This document shows, one piece after another, positions 1 to 10,957 of a stretch of DNA of 64,000 bases. The stretch lies in the NCBI RefSeq assembly GCF_003918875.1, contig NW_025767547.1, forward strand, positions 62,001 through 126,000, given 5' to 3'. The notes under the pieces are model-generated. The model worked only from the letters and a program-made list of their open reading frames with translations. It was not told the DNA's origin and searched no databases. Numbering within the stretch: the stretch's first letter is position 1; each line of letters opens with the position of its first letter. Both the position numbers and the translations under genes were made by a program. Source of the stretch: Haliotis rubra (lineage: Eukaryota).

Positions 1-58
1 CGTTAATTGAATGAGAGGGATGTGATAATATAATATACTATAGTTACATCAATGTACC

Positions 59-178
59 TCGTCAAGCACGCCGTGAAGCGTAGGAATATGTATCACTTCA
101 CTTCCTTACTACTAGTTTAATCCGCCATCATGAAGTGAAGTGATACATATTCCTACGCCACAAGGCGTGCTTGACGAT
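59..178. mobile_element. Palindromic MITE-like element (~45-bp imperfect inverted arms)
   Basis: cgtcaagcacgcc..gcgtaggaatatgtatcacttcacttc is inverted as gaagtgaagtgatacatattcctacgc..ggcgtgcttgacg. Confidence 0.6.
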
Positions 179-202
179 CACAGGATATAGTTCCGGATTA
201 AA

Positions 203-325
203 CTTGTCACGCCGAACACCCGGGTTCGAGTCCCTGCATGTCTGAAGCCCATTTCTGGTGTCCCCAGTCACGATATTGATGGAATGATGCTAAAAGTCGG
301 GTAAAACTGAACTCACTCACTCACT
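203..325 (+). mobile_element. tRNA-derived SINE, family 1 (5'-truncated), abutting the cGLR-A stop codon
   Basis: B-box gggttcgagtccc, body gaagcccatttctggtgtccc and (ACTC)n tail; many copies in the window. Confidence 0.85.
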
Positions 326-330
326 TATGT

Positions 331-3074
331 TTACGAATATTGGTCGGTGACTCTAGAAAACAGGATTTCCATGGATCTGACCAAGATGTACATGAACTCT
401 CTGTCCTTCCAACGCACCGTGCTCATCATATTCCGGACGTTAGGCAGGAAGAAATGGGGCACCGTCATCTCGCCAGTCAACATTTTCTTGAACTTGCCCA
501 GACAGAAGTGTAACCTATGTTCCTGAGTTTCATCCTCCCACACATGGAACCCGGCGCTGAGGTCGTACAACAACGTCCACATCAACGTCCTGATGTGGTA
601 AGTTGTGAAACATAACCGAAATGAGGCATCCCTCAAGTAATGTTGTTTGGTGTGTTCAGCGACTTGCTGGATCATCTGTGATTTTCCTGTGACCGTGAGG
701 CCCTGTTGGCCCTTGGCAATCTCCATCACTCGTTTCATTGTTCGGAGGATAGGCTTCCAGCTGTCTTTGTTCCCGTGCAAAGTGAGTTTGTTCTCAGCGA
801 GGGAGAACGACATCTGCCACTGATTGTCTGCATGGTGTGCTGAAAGAAATATGAGCAATTTAGTATTTGAACCGATGTTGTGATATTATGCAAAGAAGAA
901 GATTCGATAGACATTACCCACTTGGCATTTTCAAATGAAGTCGTACTTAGGAATAACTGAGAAGACCCTACCTGGACAGCACTTTGTTGTAATGTTGAAT
1001 CCTTTTTCCTTGATGTCAGAAAGGTTGATGAAATGGGATATTTCCTTGAGATTTTCGCATTTGCTTAGATCCCGAGCAGTCGAAGACGGTGGCCACTGTG
1101 GTATGTTGATTGCTGGGACGATGTCCACGTCGATGTCAAGGGTGCCGTGGAAGGTTGTGGTGCCGGTGTAGGTGATGCCGAATGATGGGGAGTTTTGGTG
1201 TTTTAGGTTCCCTGTGAGAAAGAAATGTCATCTATACCACTAAAGTGAAGGAACCACTTAGGCAAGGAACGACAGAGGTGATGACACAGTTTTCATGAAC
1301 GTGTATTTCCATCATTACCAAGCCTTTATAATTACTGAAACACTGATCAGTAGGTCTTGTGGTTTGGGATGCATCACCCCTTGGGGTGAAAACATCATAA
1401 CACATACCACATCTTCTTCTTACTCTTACTCAACTGAGTAAATCGATTCTCATGTTGATCACTAGATTGTCCAGACTTGATTATTTACAGACCGCCGACA
1501 TATAACTGAATTATTGCGGAGTGCAAAGTTAAACACGAAATAAACACACTTACTCTTACACCTGCGATTTCTGCGCACAAATTCGCCCATCAGGTCAAAG
1601 AAATACTGCCTATACTCCCCAGGGTTGAGGAAGCTATCTTTGCACAGACTGTTAAGAGCTGAAGACGTATTTTCAACTCTGACCTTGCAGTAGCCAGGAT
1701 AACAGTCCCTATACACTGGCTGAAGAGGTGAATCAACTTCCGGAATGAATAAACAATCCATTTCATTGGGTCGAGACACCTTAAACAAGAAAACTGGAGG
1801 CTGAGCAGTGCACCTACAGGTAAACATGATTATGAAAGATCTTTCTGTAAACTGTGAGATATTTCTATTTGGCTAACACTTTGATCTTAAGTGTGGTGGT
1901 GCTTCTATAATCCTCTGAGAAAATATTACGACATGTATCAGTAACATGTGCTTATCATATGTTGTCGCAATTCACACTTAATCTACTGCAACTATGATTT
2001 CAGTGAACACACGAGATGTGAGTTGTTATACCTTCAGTGTCCATATGCTGGTGTAGAATGTTTGTGTAATACTAAGTACTTTGATGAAAAGATATTGCTG
2101 AGTGTGGCGTTAAACAACAAACAAACTAAACAGCAACGAACACTCACCTTAGTTCTGTCGTAATATGAACCTCCCCGAAACACGGTCCACGTCCAAGGCG
2201 TCTTCGATTTGAGAAAGGTACAGATATCGTTCTGCAACTCTGTAAAAATCGGTGCCACATCCCCGATTTCATTTTGTTTCAGTGTCACCTCATATTTGAA
2301 GAACTTCAAAATATCACTCCTTGGATTCTTTGAATGTTTCAGTGTTTTAGTACTGACCATGTGCTCAATAAAATCTTCCATCTTTGCCACGACATCTCCA
2401 CGCATCACGTTTGAATGGGGCATGTGTTGTCCGGTAGTTGGGTTACCGGATCTTAAGGGTGTGGTATTCACACATGGAGACATTCTTGGGCGACTTCTAC
2501 CATCACATTTGTTGTGGTTACTCAAATCCACAAACCACTTGTTGTCATCATTTGTCCTTTGCCTTACAGACTGGTGTCTACCATGACATATCTTGTGTTC
2601 ACCTAAATCCACAAACCACTTGTTGCAGTCACGACATTGTTGTTTGTCATCATTTGTCCTTTGCCTTACAGACTGGTGTCTACCATGACATATCTTGTGT
2701 TCACCTAAATCCACAAACCACTTGTTGCAGTCACGACATTGTTGTTTGTCATCATTTGTCCTTTGCCTTACAGACTGGTGTCTACCATGACATATCTTGT
2801 GTTCACCTAAATCCACAAACCACTTGTTGCAGTCACGACATTGTTGTTTGTCATCATTTGTCCTTTGCCTTACAGACTGGTGTCTACCATGACATATCTT
2901 GTGTTCACCCAAATCCACAAACCACTTGTTGCAGTCACGACATTGTTGTTTGTCATCATTTGTCCTTTGCCTCACAGACTGTTCTCTACCATGACATATC
3001 TTGTGTTTACCTAAATCCACAAACCACTTGTTGCAGTCACGACATTGTCGCTTTCCGTCATTCTTCTTTGACAT
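331..3074 (-). CDS. cGLR: cGAS-like receptor A (Mab-21/CD-NTase) with N-terminal zinc-finger-like repeat array, ~633 aa
   Basis: Hand-spliced exons 3074-2148, 1779-1554, 1211-972, 839-331; all introns GT-AG, phases 0/1/1, frame open. Motifs GGSYYDRTK|VSRPNEMD, SPSFGITY..DIDVDIVPAI, WQMSFSLAENKL, WKPILRTMK, TTYHIRTL and PHFFLP match cGAS GSYYE..PNEFD, SVDI, WRLSFS..E, K..LK.MK, SSYHVKT and YFIP. Confidence 0.93.
2496..3047 (-). repeat. Coding 102-bp tandem repeat (34 aa, C-x2-C-x9-H-x2-C): 5 full units plus 1 truncated
   Basis: QCRDCNKWFVDLGEHKICHGRHQSVRQRTNDDKQ repeated; the last unit lacks KQQCRDC. Confidence 0.95.
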
Positions 3075-3258
3075 GGTTGGCTTGATTCGTTGTACAACAA
3101 TGCGTACTCAATATCTGCCGTATGGATCGGGGGTTAGTTTAGACACTGTTGACTGTGTAGATTCGCTCGGAAAAGAGGCAGTGGGTCTGAGATCCTAACC
3201 AACATAACACTGGGCGTTCACGGTTGAATAATTGTCTACGTTCGTTTCTTAAGGTTAC

Positions 3259-3420
3259 CTGTCCTGATGCATGACTTCACGTGTGATTCCGAGAATAGGT
3301 CACCGGCAACCCACGCAGGTCGAGCGAGGCGTTCCTTGGTTGGGGCGTGGTCGACTGTGTGCCATAGTAACCAACGTGGATTGTTGCTGACGTAACATCA
3401 CTGACAATGAAATTATTGAT
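3259..3420 (-). promoter_or_regulatory. Putative promoter / non-coding first exon of cGLR-A
   Basis: Minus-strand donor CAG|GTAACC at 3259/3258; STAT-type TTCCGAGAA at 3287-3295; GC box ggggcgtgg at ~3342; conserved in paralogous copies at ~5540-5660 and ~35490-35640. Confidence 0.4.
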
Positions 3421-4141
3421 TCAGTGAATCGACCAAGTCGGTTTGCTCATTACATGGTATCTTTGCTGTTTGTTATTGATTCATAAACACCAAGTCGTAT
3501 CATAAATGCACAGAAATGTCTTATAAAGTGTTTTATCGCACACATGTATTAACAACCACAAAAAACAATACGTCTTTCTCGTTTACAGTGAGTACTATCA
3601 CACTGTCAGAACGACTAGTTATAGTGAACTGTCGACATATGCAGATCCCTAGTTTCTCGTTTTCAGTACTCACAGGCGGAGTCGAGCTTGTTCTCCTGTC
3701 TGCCATTGACTGTGGTTGAACACTCTCACTGAAGTATTTCTCTCATTCATAACATTATACATTTAATGTCTGTCACGTGACACCGCAATGTTTGGGCGTA
3801 TTTTATGCTATCATGTTGCTCGCCAAGCATGATCTCCGCCGTCAGCAATAATACTAGCACATGCTACTGATCAATACATTACACCCCCACAAGGTCTTCG
3901 TGGGCTTTCTGTTGAGGCGGAAGAAGAGATGTACAGAGTCTTGGAACTCACAAAGGCTGAGGTCGGGTTGTACTTTCTTTTATACGTTCGCAGGAAATCC
4001 AATTTTCCAAGAACTGGTTTAACCAGGTCGCCTACGGGTGTAAACGACTTTAAATATTCATAATTATGTCAACGTCTGCAAAGGATACGGTTTTAACAAT
4101 ATAACATTAAGGCAGACCTTTAGATTACGCTGGGTTGAGGG

Positions 4142-4327
4142 NNNNNNNNNNNNNNNNNNNNNNNNNNNNNNNNNNNNNNNNNNNNNNNNNNNNNNNNNNN
4201 NNNNNNNNNNNNNNNNNNNNNNNNNNNNNNNNNNNNNNNNNNNNNNNNNNNNNNNNNNNNNNNNNNNNNNNNNNNNNNNNNNNNNNNNNNNNNNNNNNNN
4301 NNNNNNNNNNNNNNNNNNNNNNNNNNN
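4142..4327. other. Assembly gap (N run)
   Basis: Ns; the paralogous position in the C block (36410-36530) holds a (GCGT)n microsatellite. Confidence 0.99.
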
Positions 4328-4329
4328 GA

Positions 4330-5100
4330 TCCCAAAAACATAATCTCTAGCCCCATGTGTAGTGTAATTAAGAACGGTTTCGTCAGGTACTATTGTACTA
4401 GCAGAACGAGAACGCTTGCAAAGAGGTTGTTGTTATGGGACTTTTTACCAGTAACTGACATGATTCCAACAGCATCAACAGCATCAATACCGACCTTTGA
4501 CAACGTCGTAGCTGCCGTGGCACGGACACAGTGGTTTGTGTACGTTTGAAATAAACCCGCTATTTTGGAGATTGTTGACATCATTTTTTCAGAGTATTGT
4601 TTCCCATGCGTTGCTGGGAATAGCAATAATCTGGCACAGGGTTGGATAAAGGACAATGAACGAAAGACGTATTTAACGGATTTCTTTTTTCAAGGTACAG
4701 TGGATGTTTAGACTTTTCTCGACTTTCCACCTCATGACGTGTTTTGCCGGACTCACTGTAAGTCATGTGAAACCTTTCAGCCCCAGCATCATCAGGGGAC
4801 AAAACAAAGGAATCATGGCGCAGATCCCAAGACCTACAGTACCACGATGGTCAAACTGAAGGGCTACCTGGAACCACACTTTCCTGACCAAACTAAGGGG
4901 GAGAGTGATGCCACTTCAATTCATATTTCTTAATCTCCCTGTGAAATGGCATCCTGGTGGCGTGTTACGTCTTCGCCAGCTCGTTTAAATTTTGGACACT
5001 TCCAATGAAAACATGGTTTGATGTCATAAATTCTTTAAACAGATGGAAGTCATAGCAGACATTTAATTTTGTCCTGACTTCTTCTCAGAATGGAATTTAG
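4330..5100 (-). mobile_element. Degenerate Crypton-type tyrosine recombinase (DUF3504-like) relic, copy 1
   Basis: Fragments YTNHCVRATAATTLSKVG..IMSVTG and SPDDAGAERFHMTYSES; frameshifted. Confidence 0.7.
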
Positions 5101-5184
5101 TTTTTTAACTGGTTGCATCTCATAATCTTTGCAATTGGGATACGATGACATGTGTTGCATCTTACGACAAACGTGTTGCCGAAG

Positions 5185-5355
5185 GGTAGGGTATCCTAAA
5201 GGTGGTTAAAGCGTCGGCTCGTCACGCCGAAGACCCGGGTTCGAATCCCCACATGGGTACAATGTGTGAAGCCCATTTCTGGTGTCCCCCGCCGTGATGT
5301 TGCTGGAATACTGCTAAAAGCGGCGTAAAAGCAAACTCAGTCAGTCAGTCAGTCA
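5185..5355 (+). mobile_element. tRNA-derived SINE, family 1
   Basis: ggtggttaaagcg..gtcacgccgaagacccgggttcgaatcccc head and (AGTC)n tail; absent from the paralogous C block. Confidence 0.85.
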
Positions 5356-5399
5356 CGCGTTGGAAATCTTGAGGTCTGATGCCCCGGTTGCCCAGATAT

Positions 5400-6112
5400 A
5401 ACAGGTGGTAGATACCCGATAATGAAAATTTCATTCGAGTCCATAAAAGAAAAAGGCAGTGGGTGTGAGCCCTTAACCAACATAACACTGGGTTTCCCCT
5501 GTTGAGTCATTGTCTACTTCCGTCTCTGAAGGTTATTTGTCCTGGTGCATGACGTCACGTGTTATTCTGAGAATAGGTCACCGGCAACCTACGCATGTTG
5601 AGCGAGGCGTTACTTGGTTGGGGAGGGGGGCGTGGGGCGTGAGCGTGATAACATCATTGACAATGAAATTATTGGTACAGTGAATCAACCAGGTCGTTTT
5701 GCTCATTTCATGGTATCTTTCTTCTTTGTTGTTGATCCATAAACATCCATAAGTCGTATCATAAATGCTGCCTTTAGCAGAAATGTCTTATAAAGAGTTG
5801 TACACGCATACATGTATTAATAACCAGAATAAACAATACGTCTTTCTCGTTTACATTTTGTACTATCACACTGTCAGAACGACTAGTTCATACTGACCTG
5901 TCAACATGTTCAGATCCCTAGTTTCTCGTTTTCAGTACTCACAGGCGGAGTCGAGCTTGTTCTCCTGTCTGCCACTGACTGTGGTTGAACACTGTCACGG
6001 AAGTTACTTCCCTCATACAGAATACCATACATTAAGTGTCTTAAGCCTAATTTATGCTGTCATGTAGCTCGCCGAACATGATCTCATCCGCCAACAATAA
6101 TAATAACTGTCC
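5400..6112 (-). repeat. Third, orphan copy of the cGLR-A/C upstream region
   Basis: Aligns by eye to 3170-3860 and 35295-36100; no cGLR coding exon follows it. Confidence 0.85.
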
Positions 6113-8178
6113 CTAGTATGCTACTGACATACTAGCATATGCTACAGACATACTAACATATGCTACAGACATACAAGCATATGCTACTGACATACTAGCA
6201 TATGCTACAGACATACTAACATATGCTACAGACATACTAGCATATGCTACTGACATACAAGCATATGCTACAGACATACTAACATATGCTACAGACATAC
6301 AAGCATATGCTACTGGCATACTAACATATGCTACAGACATACTAGCATATGCTACTGACATACAAGCATATGCTACAGACATACTAACATATCCTACAGA
6401 CATACAAGCATATGCTACTGACATACTAGCATATGCTACGAACATACTAGCATATGCTACAGACATACAAGCATATGCTACAGACATACAAGCATATGCT
6501 ACTGACATACTAACATATGCTACAGACATACTAGCATATGCTACTGACATACAAGCATATGCTACAGACATACTAGCATATGCTACTGACATACAAGCAT
6601 ATGCTACAGACATACTAACTGACATACATGCTACTGACATACTAGCATATGCTACTGACATACTAGCATATGCTACTGACATACTAGCATATGCTACTGA
6701 CATACTAGCATATGCTACAGACATACTAGCATATGCTACAGACATACTAGCATATGCTACAGACATACTAGCATATGCTACAGACATACTAGCATATGCT
6801 ACAGACATACTAGCATATGCTGACATACACAGACATACTAGCATATGCTACAGACATACTAGCATATGCTACTGACATACTAGCATATGCTACAGACATA
6901 CTAGCATATGACATACTAGACATACATATGCTACAGACATACAAGCATATGCTACTAGGCATATGACATACTAACATATGCTACTGACATACTAAGCATA
7001 TGCTACTACAGACATACTAACATATGCTACAGACATACAAGCATATGCTACTGACATACAAGCATATGATACAGACATACTAACATATGTTACAGACATA
7101 CTAGCATATGCTACAGACATACTAGCATATGCTACTGACATACAAGCATATGTTACAGACATACTAGCATATGCTACAGACATACTAACATATGCTACAG
7201 ACATAAGCATATGCTACAGACATACAAGCATATGCTACAGACATACTAGCATATGCTACTGACATACAAGCATATGCTACTGGCATAAAAGCATATGTTA
7301 CAGACATACTAGCATATGCTACAGACATACTAGCATATGCTACAGACATACTAGCATATGCTACTGACATACTAACATATGCTACTAACATACAAGCATA
7401 TGCTACTGACAAACAAGCATATGCTCCTGACATACTAGCATATGCTACTAGACATACAAGCATATGCTACTGACATAGTAGCATATGCTACTGACATACT
7501 AGCATATGCTACTGACATACTAGCATATGCTACTGACATACTAGCATATGCTGCTACTGACATACTAGCATATGCTACTAGCATATGCTACAGACATACA
7601 AGCATATGCTACTGACATAGTAGCATATGCTACTGACATACTAGCATATGCTACTGACATACTAGCATATGCTACTGACATACTAGCATATGCTACTGAC
7701 ATACAAGCATATGCTACTGACATACTAGCATATGCTACTGACATACAAGCATATGCTACTAGACATACAAGCATATGCTACTGACATACTAGCATATGCT
7801 ACTGACTAGCATATGCTACATAATGCTACTGACATGCTACTAACATAGCATAAGCTACTGACATACTAGCATATGCTACTGACATACAAGCATATGCTAC
7901 AGACATACTAGCTTATGTTACTGACATACAAGCATATGCTATTGACATACAAGCATATGCTACTGACATACTAGCATATGCTACTGACATACTAGCGTAT
8001 TTTACTGACATACTAGCGTATTTTACTGACATACTAGCATATGCTTCTGACATACTAGCACATGCGACTGATATACAGGCATATGCTACTGACATACAAG
8101 CATATGCTACTGACATACTAGCATTTGCTGCTGACATACTAGCATATGCTACTGACATACAAGCATACTGACATACTG
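6113..8178. repeat. 21-bp minisatellite (catactagcatatgctactga), ~95-100 units
   Basis: Direct tandem repeat containing the palindrome TAGCATATGCTA. Confidence 0.97.
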
Positions 8179-8224
8179 ACGGAATGCTTATCAGTACATT
8201 AAACCACCACAAGGAGTTGATCAC

Positions 8225-9050
8225 TAACCACAAAAACATAATCTCTTGAGTAATAAAGTACAGTTTTACCATGAACTATTGTACTTACAGAACGAGTACG
8301 CTTGTAACTAAGGGTGTTATATAACTTTGTAATGACTGCACCTTCCTGTGCCCTGTACCTGACATGATTCCGAGAGCATCAACGCCGACGACAGACAACG
8401 TTGGAGCAGATGTAACACGGACACGGTGGTTTGTGTACGTTTGTGTCTCCGCTGGTTTGGAGATTGTTGACATCATTTTTTAAGAGTATTTTTTCCCATG
8501 TGATGCTGGGAACAGTAACACTCTGGTATAGGGTTTGACGTATGGAGGAAAGACGTATTTAACGGATTTCTTTTTTCAAGGTACAATCAGTTTTTAAGGG
8601 ACAGTTTGCATCGTCCGTCTCGTACATCCGAAGATGATTTGACTTTTCTCGACTTTCCACCTCATGACGTGGTTTGTCGGACTCGTTGTAAGCCATGTGA
8701 AATCTTTCAGACCCAGCATCATCAGGGGACAAAACAAAAGAATCATGGCGCAGATCCGGAAGACCTCCAGCACCACGATGGTCAAACTGAAGGGCTGCCT
8801 CGAACCACACTATCCTGACCAAACTTATTAAATTTGAGAGTGTACCACTTGAATACATTTTTCCTAATCTCCTTGTGAAATGGCACCGTGATGGTGTGTT
8901 ACGTCTTCGCAAGCTAGCTTCCATTTGGACAACTCCAATGAAAACATGGTTTGATGTCATAATTTCTTTGAACAGACGGAAGTCATAGCAGACATTTGAT
9001 ATTCCTTTCCAGTTTTTGTGCTGACTTCTTCTCAGAATGAAACTCAGTCC
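8225..9050 (-). mobile_element. Degenerate Crypton-type tyrosine recombinase relic, copy 2
   Basis: VWFEAALQFDHRGAGGLPDLRHDSF..RMYETDDANCP and YTNHRVRVT..IMSGTGHRKVQSLQSY give the R..HxxR..H..Y tyrosine-recombinase order; contains stops and frameshifts. Confidence 0.75.
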
Positions 9051-9974
9051 TTGAACCAGGTACATTTCAAAATCTACGCAATTAGGATACGACGACATGT
9101 GTTGCCTCTTACTACATGCATGGGTTGCTGAAGACAGTCCTACCTGGATCTTAAGTATCAATAACCGCTCTCGCTCGGGGAATACAAAATTTCACACTCG
9201 TTTCATATAAGTCGTATGACACACTTGCCCGTGTAATAATCTGTATTTATGTAGCACCTGTGCACTTGTGCATGCTCAAGTCGCTAATACCCCGGTTATC
9301 ACAAGCTGTCTGTAAGGCGGAAGAAGGCTATCAGTCATATGTCTTATCCATTAACCCATTCAGTGCTGAGTGAACAGAGGCAATTTTCAACAAACTCACA
9401 GTTGCCTGAGGTGAGGCTACATATGTCACGTGGGCATCGTTGTGGGGCCCGACTGAAGTCCTGAAACTCTCAGGAGTCAACCTAACATACACGGTGACCC
9501 ATTCAAGGACTTTCCCTGACAAACGTTGCTTGCCCTAGTCTCTATGCACAAGAGCACACACCACTACAAATATCAAGTAAATGATTGTAAGATTTAAATT
9601 GCGCTACAAAAAACATAGAACGTATACAGCTTTGTGGTTTAGCACAGTACTATTGCCTTCATCTAAATGCGAAAACACCCACCCGTATAAAGTTCGCAGA
9701 GAGTATTTCAGCTAAACGAAAATTTCTCAGCGAAATAAATACCTTTCAACAGCGTTTATGGTTGCTTGGGTAGACATGGAGATACTGACGGAAATCATGA
9801 TGAGCCAGGGACCGTTGGAAAACCAGAAATGGCACCAACTGTACCAATGTGGGGACTCGAACCCCATTTTCGTCGTGACGAGCTCGAGACAATACCCCAC
9901 CGCCATTCACGAAACATACGGCACAAACGCCACAGAACACCCATTCTCGATCTCTACAAGATTCAGTTAGACCT

Positions 9975-10349
9975 GAAAGGCAAAAATGTTGAAAGAATCC
10001 ATGAAATCCGATGATATGGTGTTCTCTGAAAGGCAAATATGATGAAAGGATCCATCAAATCCGATGATATGGTGTTGTCTCTCTGATGATGAATGGATCC
10101 ATGAAATCCGATGATATGGTGTTCTCTGAAAGGCAAATATGATGAATGGATCCATGAAATCCGATGATATGGTGTTCTCTGAAAGGCAAATATGATGAAT
10201 GGATCCATGAAATCCGATGATATGGTGTTCTCTGAAAGGCAAATATGATGAATGGATCCATGAAATCCGATGATATGGTGTTCTCTGAAAGGCAAATATG
10301 ATGAATGGATCCATGAAATCCGATGATGTGGTGTTCTCTGAAAGGCAAA
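9975..10349. repeat. 53-bp tandem repeat, ~7 units
   Basis: atgaaatccgatgatatggtgttctctgaaaggcaaatatgatgaatggatcc repeated. Confidence 0.95.
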
Positions 10350-10957
10350 CATGTCCTGTCCAACCGATAGCGCTGGCAAATTCACAAAATGTGCTCAAAA
10401 TTTATATTAAAAAAGCTATCTTCTGATAAAGCCTGTTATTTCTTTTTTTTTTCTCAGAGATTATGGGTGATAACAAATGGTCTTTTCTGGAAGTTTTGTA
10501 AGGTTGTTTTAGGAACTGGTTCAAAGGCGACAATGTTAGGAGAACGTGTCACTTTAGTATACATGTTGATACTCTCGACAGGTCTGTGAAATATAGATAG
10601 ACATCCCTGACTGTGTTAAGATAATGCAATCGGGAGAAAAACACGAGCTATATATCAAAATCATTGGTCATGGTATTGTATAGAATATGAAGGTATAGGA
10701 GAGACTGTATGGTTCTTATCGGTATGAATTTATCGGCAGAATAAAAAAATGTATACAAAAGTCTTGAGTTTTCAGGTGCTGTAAAATAGAAATATTCGAC
10801 GTTAAAAGGTCCTTGACATAAAAGCAATTCTTGTCCCGGTGACTTTTAAAGAAAATAAACACATGCTCACTTTATTAAAGTGATCTGGAAATTATGCTTG
10901 GTGTAAGGGGAGAACGAGCATTGATAAGACACTTTTGTTCATTACAGACGCCATGTC

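Noticed and set aside
331-3074. Orthology to vertebrate cGAS (MB21D1) or MAB21L1/2
   Set aside because: No zinc thumb and only motif-level similarity; MAB21L proteins are highly conserved and lack this intact acidic triad. Called only a cGLR.
6113-8272. Repetitive ORFs (SVAYASM)n
   Set aside because: By-product of a 21-bp non-coding minisatellite whose seed lies in paralogous upstream DNA; frequent frameshifts.
9975-10349. Hammerhead ribozyme in the 53-bp repeat
   Set aside because: CTGATGA appears only in one deleted unit (~10083), and I could not build the three stems.
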